DNA of 64,000 nt from Spirochaetia bacterium (GTDB taxonomy: Bacteria > Spirochaetota > Spirochaetia > SZUA-6 > Bin103), in contig OZ241863.1 in NCBI GenBank assembly GCA_965203055.1, positions 2,880,001 through 2,944,000 on the forward strand, written 5' to 3'. Positions 59,347 to 64,000 of the stretch are shown here, in pieces. Made by a program: the position numbers and the translations under genes. The notes under the pieces are model-generated. The model was given only the letters and a program-made list of their open reading frames with translations, was not told the origin of the DNA and did not search any database. Within the stretch, counting starts at the first letter, position 1. Every line of letters starts with the position of its first letter.

Positions 59347-60423
59347 ATGGCTGACGATCACGCATCGGACCAACCACGGTCTGCCGACCCACCGCCGGTC
59401 AGCCAGCGGCACGACAAGTACTTCTACCGCGTGTTCTCCGATCTCGAGAACGCCGCCGGCCTGTTGCGCTCCTACCTGCCCCAGGAACTCGCCAGCACGC
59501 TGCGGTGGTCCACCCTGACCCACCGGCCTAGCCGCTTCGTCAGTGACGACTGGCGCAGTCGCGAGGCCGACCTGCTGTTCTCCGTCGAGCGCGAGCTCTC
59601 CGGCCCGCCGGTGCTCGTCTTGGTGCTGCTCGAACATCAGTCCACGCCCGACCGCTGGATGCGGCTGCGGTTGCTGCATTACTGCCTGATGGCCTGGATG
59701 CAGTGGCACCGCGAGCACGAGCAGGAGCGGCAGTTGCCGCTGATCGTGCCGGTGGTATTCTATCAGGGAGCGGAGCCATGGAGATTCTCGCGGCAGTTCG
59801 CGGAGTTGGTTGCCGGCGCGGAGTCCGACCCGGGTTGGGTGCCGCAGTTCGAGCACCTGCTGATCGACCAGACCGAGCAGAACCCGGAGTCGGTGGAGGG
59901 GACGCTCGGCGCGCGGCTGGCGCAGCTCGGGTTGATGGCCGAGTTCCGCCGCGCGGGCTGGAAGGGCTGGGGCGACTTGCTCAACCAAGCGTTACAGTTG
60001 GTGGAGGAGCTGTATCCGGCCGAAGGGTTCGACGTGGTGGCGCTGCACGTGGAGTACTTGGTGCTGGCGCTGAAGACGAATGAGCAGCAGCAGGCGTTCG
60101 CGGACGCGCTACGACGGACCGTGCCGGGCCGAGGAGGAGAGATAATGACCTACGTGCATCAGATGATCGAAGAGGGTATCCGGGAGGGCGTTCGGGAGGG
60201 CATCCGGGAGGGCATCCGGGAGGCCCGCCAACAGGCCCGCCAAGAAGGCCGCCAGGAAGGCCGCCAGGAAGGCGAGATGAGGGGACAGTTGCAAACCATC
60301 CAGCGATTCCTGGAACGCGATGTACCGTGGTCCATCATAGAGGCGGCCACCGGCATCGACGAGGCTACGTTCCGGCGCCTCAAGCAGCAGCTCGACGACA
60401 ATGGCGCCGGCCACGCCGAATAA
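59347..60423 (+). CDS. Rpn family recombination-promoting nuclease (YhgA-like)
   Basis: HD..F, EADLLF, LLEHQSTPD, PVVFYQG; C-terminal EGIR/QEGR repeats. Confidence 0.9.
   Translation: MADDHASDQPRSADPPPVSQRHDKYFYRVFSDLENAAGLLRSYLPQELASTLRWSTLTHRPSRFVSDDWRSREADLLFSVERELSGPPVLVLVLLEHQSTPDRWMRLRLLHYCLMAWMQWHREHEQERQLPLIVPVVFYQGAEPWRFSRQFAELVAGAESDPGWVPQFEHLLIDQTEQNPESVEGTLGARLAQLGLMAEFRRAGWKGWGDLLNQALQLVEELYPAEGFDVVALHVEYLVLALKTNEQQQAFADALRRTVPGRGGEIMTYVHQMIEEGIREGVREGIREGIREARQQARQEGRQEGRQEGEMRGQLQTIQRFLERDVPWSIIEAATGIDEATFRRLKQQLDDNGAGHAE
60145..60423 (+). CDS. Putative intragenic small Rpn protein (RpnS)
   Basis: GAGGAGG at 60131-60137, 7 nt before an in-frame ATG. Confidence 0.6.
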   Translation: MTYVHQMIEEGIREGVREGIREGIREARQQARQEGRQEGRQEGEMRGQLQTIQRFLERDVPWSIIEAATGIDEATFRRLKQQLDDNGAGHAE

Positions 60424-60476
60424 GGGCCGCCGGCAATACCCACGCCCGGCCTGTCAGCCGCAGGGCATCGAACTAG

Positions 60477-61108
60477 TTGAACCACTTGAAGGCTCCCGAA
60501 GGATGGGTGCATCGACGGCTCTGCGAGTGTGCCGACCAGCGAACTGAGAAGTTTACACCTGCCGCAGGAGATCACCGTCCATATTTAGCTCTTGAGCATC
60601 TTGCGCAGGGGCGTCCTGCGCTTCTCGGCTCGTTGTCAGCCGGCAGCGCGACCAGTGCAAAGACGGTCTTCTACACAGGGGATATTCTGTTCGGAAACTT
60701 CGTCCAAACTCCGGATCACTAGTGTTTCCGAAGCATGGTGAGGCCATATTCAAGAATCGAGTTCGGTTGCTCGGAACGAAGGCGACAGTGGATCCAAATC
60801 TGATGATACTGACTCCTACGGCCGCTTATGTTCCGTCGTTCCTTATGTATTTACTGATACACATAGGGCTCTTCAATCTAAGTGATAACTCAGCTATCCC
60901 TCAGTTAAACAACAAGCACTTGTATCCGTTTACTGTTTCCAGTTCCACCAATCGATGAACAGGCAAGAATCGCGGAGTCGATACTGGCCGTCGACAATCG
61001 GATAGCGTCCGAGGAAGATAAGATGATCGGGTTATCCAAACTCAAACGAGCTCTCATGTCGGTTCTTCTCACCGGCGAGGTGCGCGTGACTCCGGATACG
61101 GAGGCGGC

Positions 61109-61112
<4 letters not shown>
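60477..61112 (+). pseudogene. hsdS: Internally deleted, frameshifted type I specificity subunit
   Basis: PEGW...GDILFG; SAIPQLN; PPIDEQARIA...LMSVLLTGEVRV, spread over several frames. Confidence 0.75.
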
Positions 61113-61420
<308 letters not shown>

Positions 61421-61479
61421 GCAGTCCACCGGCTACGATGCCGGCAACCGCGACCTCGCTTCCGATCTCGATGAGGCAG

Positions 61480-61900
61480 TCCCACGACCCGCCGCCCGCG
61501 CCGCGCGAGTTCGTCAGCGGCGAGAGCGTGCTCTATCTCGGCCGCCACTATCGCCTGAAGGTACATTCGGGAGAGACCGGCGCCGCCAAACTGCGCGGCG
61601 GTTGGCTGCACGTACCCGCGCCGCATGGAGCGGAGCGGATGGAGCACGTGCGCGCCGCCATGGTCAATTGGTTTCGCGGGCGCGCGGCCGCGCGGTTGCC
61701 GGTAACGGGTGGCGGCCTGGCGCGCGAAGGCCGGCGTCGAGCTGCCGCGCGTCGTCATCTCCGATCAGCAGAAGCGGTGGGGGAGCTGCGACCGCACCGG
61801 CACCATCCGCCTGAACTGGCGCATCATCCAGGCCCCCATGCGGCTGATCGACTACGTCGTGGTCCACGAGCTGATCCACCTGCGCCACCGCGACCAAGCG
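61480..61900 (+). pseudogene. M48/DUF45 (YgjP-like) metallo-hydrolase fragment, frameshifted
   Basis: EFVSGES.LYLG; KRWGSC...LNWR...DYVVVHELIHL. Confidence 0.8.
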
Positions 61901-62033
61901 GATGATGGGGGCGGGGTCGTCAGGCGTTGGGAGCGTGTGCTACCATGCCCGCGGCGCGGCACGTCGGCCAACCGCCGGCAGCGGCCGGCGTGATCGACTG
62001 ATCGACGGGCGGATACGCCGCCGGAGGGAAGAC

Positions 62034-63524
62034 TTGGGTAGAGCATCGTTGGTATCTCTGTTGCTGGCCGCCGGAATCGCCGCGCTGATGGCCTGTTCCC
62101 AGGCGGCGCGCCCGGCCGCCGCGCCCGCCGCCCCGGCCCAAGGGGAGCCGCCGAGCGAGCCGCCGCCAACGCCGCAGCCGGCAGCTCCGGTAGAGCAGCG
62201 CTGGACGATCGGCGCGGCTGACTTTGGTGACGATGAACCGGACCTGACGGGCGACGCGTCCAGCCGTTCCGCGCCGTATGCCTGGGAGCGGCTCACCGGC
62301 GGCGAGGCGCGCGTTACGGTTTCGATTGGCGGGCACGAGTTGCCGTTCACCAGCACGAGCGCCGAGCCGGTCTTCGCGTCCGATCTCTCCGGCGCGGAGT
62401 GGACGGTTTCCGCCGAGGTCCGGGCGGGCGCACTGGTGCTGGTGCTCACCGCCAAGGATCAGAGGGAAAACCTGGGCTTCGTCGAATCCGTCATGATCAC
62501 GACCCCGGGAAGCGGCTACACGGCGGCCCCGACCGTGACGTTCGCGGCGCCGCCGCCCGGCGGCGCCGCGGCGACCGGCACCGCGGCAACGTCCGGCAGA
62601 GTCGATTCGGTGACGATTACGACCGCCGGGAGCGGCTACCCGGCGGCTCCAGCCGTGACGTTCGCGGCGCCGCCGGACGGCGGCACCACGGCAACCGGCG
62701 CCGCCGAGGTAGGGTCCGGCATCGTCGATTCGGTGACGATTACGACCGCCGGGACCGGCTACACGGCGGTTCCCACCGTGACGTTTACGGGAGGCGGCGG
62801 CAGCGGTGCGGTCGCCACCGCGGTGCGGCAAAGCGGCGTAGCGCGAGTGAATATTTCGGCCCGAGGGGGCTTTTATTCCACACAACCATCCGTGACGTTT
62901 GGCGCGGCGCCTTCCGGCGGCACCACGGCGACCGGCACCGTAGTTCGGCAAGGCACCGAAGTACACGCAGTGACGATCACGAACCACGGGAGCGGCTACA
63001 CGTCCGCCCCTACCGTTTCGTTTTCGGCCCCGAATTTTGGCGGCTCCGGCTTTCAGGCAAGCGGCACCGCGGTACTGCAAACCGGCATAGCGTCGGCGAC
63101 GGTCTCGAACGGGGGGAGCGGCTACACGTCAGCCCCCACCGTGGCCCTCGGGGCAGCGCCGAGCGGCGGCACCACCGCCGCCGGCACCGCGGGCATGCTC
63201 TACGGCGTAGCGTCGGTCGATGTCACGGACGGGGGGCGCGGCTACACCGCTGCCCCTGCCGTGACCTTTGCGGCGGCGCCGGGCGCCGGCACCACGGCCG
63301 CCGGCACCGCGGTCGTGCTCTACGGCGTAGCGTCGGTCGATGTCACGGACGGGGGGCGCGGCTACTTCGTTGCCCCTGCCGTGACCTTCGCGGCGCCGGC
63401 CAGCGGTACCACCGCGACCGGCACGGCCAAGCTGGCAGAGACCGGCAACGATCCATTCCAGAACCTGTATTGGGCGCGCCAGACGCTGGCGGGCAAGCAG
63501 CTTCGGGTGGAGCTGGCGGACTAG
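62034..63524 (+). CDS. Lipoprotein with 8 beta-repeats, copy 2
   Basis: Same RBS/TTG, lipobox, N-terminal domain and C-terminal [20 protein letters not shown] as copy 1. Confidence 0.8.
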   Translation: MGRASLVSLLLAAGIAALMACSQAARPAAAPAAPAQGEPPSEPPPTPQPAAPVEQRWTIGAADFGDDEPDLTGDASSRSAPYAWERLTGGEARVTVSIGGHELPFTSTSAEPVFASDLSGAEWTVSAEVRAGALVLVLTAKDQRENLGFVESVMITTPGSGYTAAPTVTFAAPPPGGAAATGTAATSGRVDSVTITTAGSGYPAAPAVTFAAPPDGGTTATGAAEVGSGIVDSVTITTAGTGYTAVPTVTFTGGGGSGAVATAVRQSGVARVNISARGGFYSTQPSVTFGAAPSGGTTATGTVVRQGTEVHAVTITNHGSGYTSAPTVSFSAPNFGGSGFQASGTAVLQTGIASATVSNGGSGYTSAPTVALGAAPSGGTTAAGTAGMLYGVASVDVTDGGRGYTAAPAVTFAAAPGAGTTAAGTAVVLYGVASVDVTDGGRGYFVAPAVTFAAPASGTTATGTAKLAETGNDPFQNLYWARQTLAGKQLRVELAD

Positions 63525-63538
63525 GCCGGCGGCTGGGC

Positions 63539-64000
63539 TCAACGGAGCAGGCGCCGGCACAGCGACACCGTCTGCTCGACGGCGTGCACGATCAGGGACG
63601 GCCGGCGCCACTCTCGCTCGCTCACCAGCGAACCGTGCATGGGGGGCGCGTTCGGCGGCCGGATCGGGAGCGTGTCGATGCGCAACTCCGCGCTGCGCAT
63701 CACTTCCAGCGCCGTCTGATAGACCAGATAGTTGTCCGGCAGCGGCTCGCCGGAGGCCGACAACAGCGCCGCCAATGCCGGAAAGTCGAGTTCGCGGAAG
63801 ACGCGATAGTGCTGCCGCAGCCGGTTCCAGAACGCCGGGTCGCGCTCGTCCGAGAAGACGAACAACACGGCGCCGTCAGCGACGCCGGCCGCCTGCAGGC
63901 GCTCGCGAATGCGCGCCGGCTCGGTCATGCGGCCGGGGTAGCGCCGGTCGGAGCGGCGGCGCAGGCGCGGATACTCGCGCATGCGGTCGCGCCGGCGCAC
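63539..64000 (-). CDS. 3' part of a protein, possibly O-fucosyltransferase-like (GT-B)
   Basis: VRRRD (cf. HVRRGD), LFVFSDE and DNYLVY resemble FucT motifs; 5' end lies outside the window. Confidence 0.4.
   Translation of the reverse strand: MRRRDRMREYPRLRRRSDRRYPGRMTEPARIRERLQAAGVADGAVLFVFSDERDPAFWNRLRQHYRVFRELDFPALAALLSASGEPLPDNYLVYQTALEVMRSAELRIDTLPIRPPNAPPMHGSLVSEREWRRPSLIVHAVEQTVSLCRRLLR

Overview
Very GC-rich bacterial DNA. The ABC solute-binding protein signal peptide (...ALASGDTEG), the AAA-like ATPase paralogues and the Rpn/TA debris suggest a host-associated, possibly sponge-type, spirochaete; this is an inference only. The window alternates between metabolic blocks and lower-GC accessory blocks. 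Metabolic blocks: transketolase-like enzyme, lactonase, sialidase, Tm-1-like/TIM-barrel pair, acetyl esterase, larEBC, APS kinase, ABC and TRAP transport. Accessory blocks: three AAA-like/PD-(D/E)xK paralogues, three ABC-ATPase plus nuclease pairs (one Septu/PtuAB-like), a small toxin-like gene with a degenerate ImmA/IrrE partner, an Rpn gene with an internal start, and many deletion-collapsed type I R-M and TA remnants. Highlights: (1) two paralogous lipoproteins with 14 and 8 symmetric beta-repeats inserted into a split domain, one with a G12 tract that may be a phase switch, next to a sulfotransferase/GT2/HTTM/ABC cluster; (2) a P450 / GPP34-P450 fusion / acyltransferase-3 / GH3 cluster; (3) a UxxC selenoprotein with a SECIS-like hairpin that the ORF track split in two; (4) many apparently leaderless genes. 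No rRNA, tRNA or CRISPR array was seen. All family assignments come from motif recognition, not from database searches.
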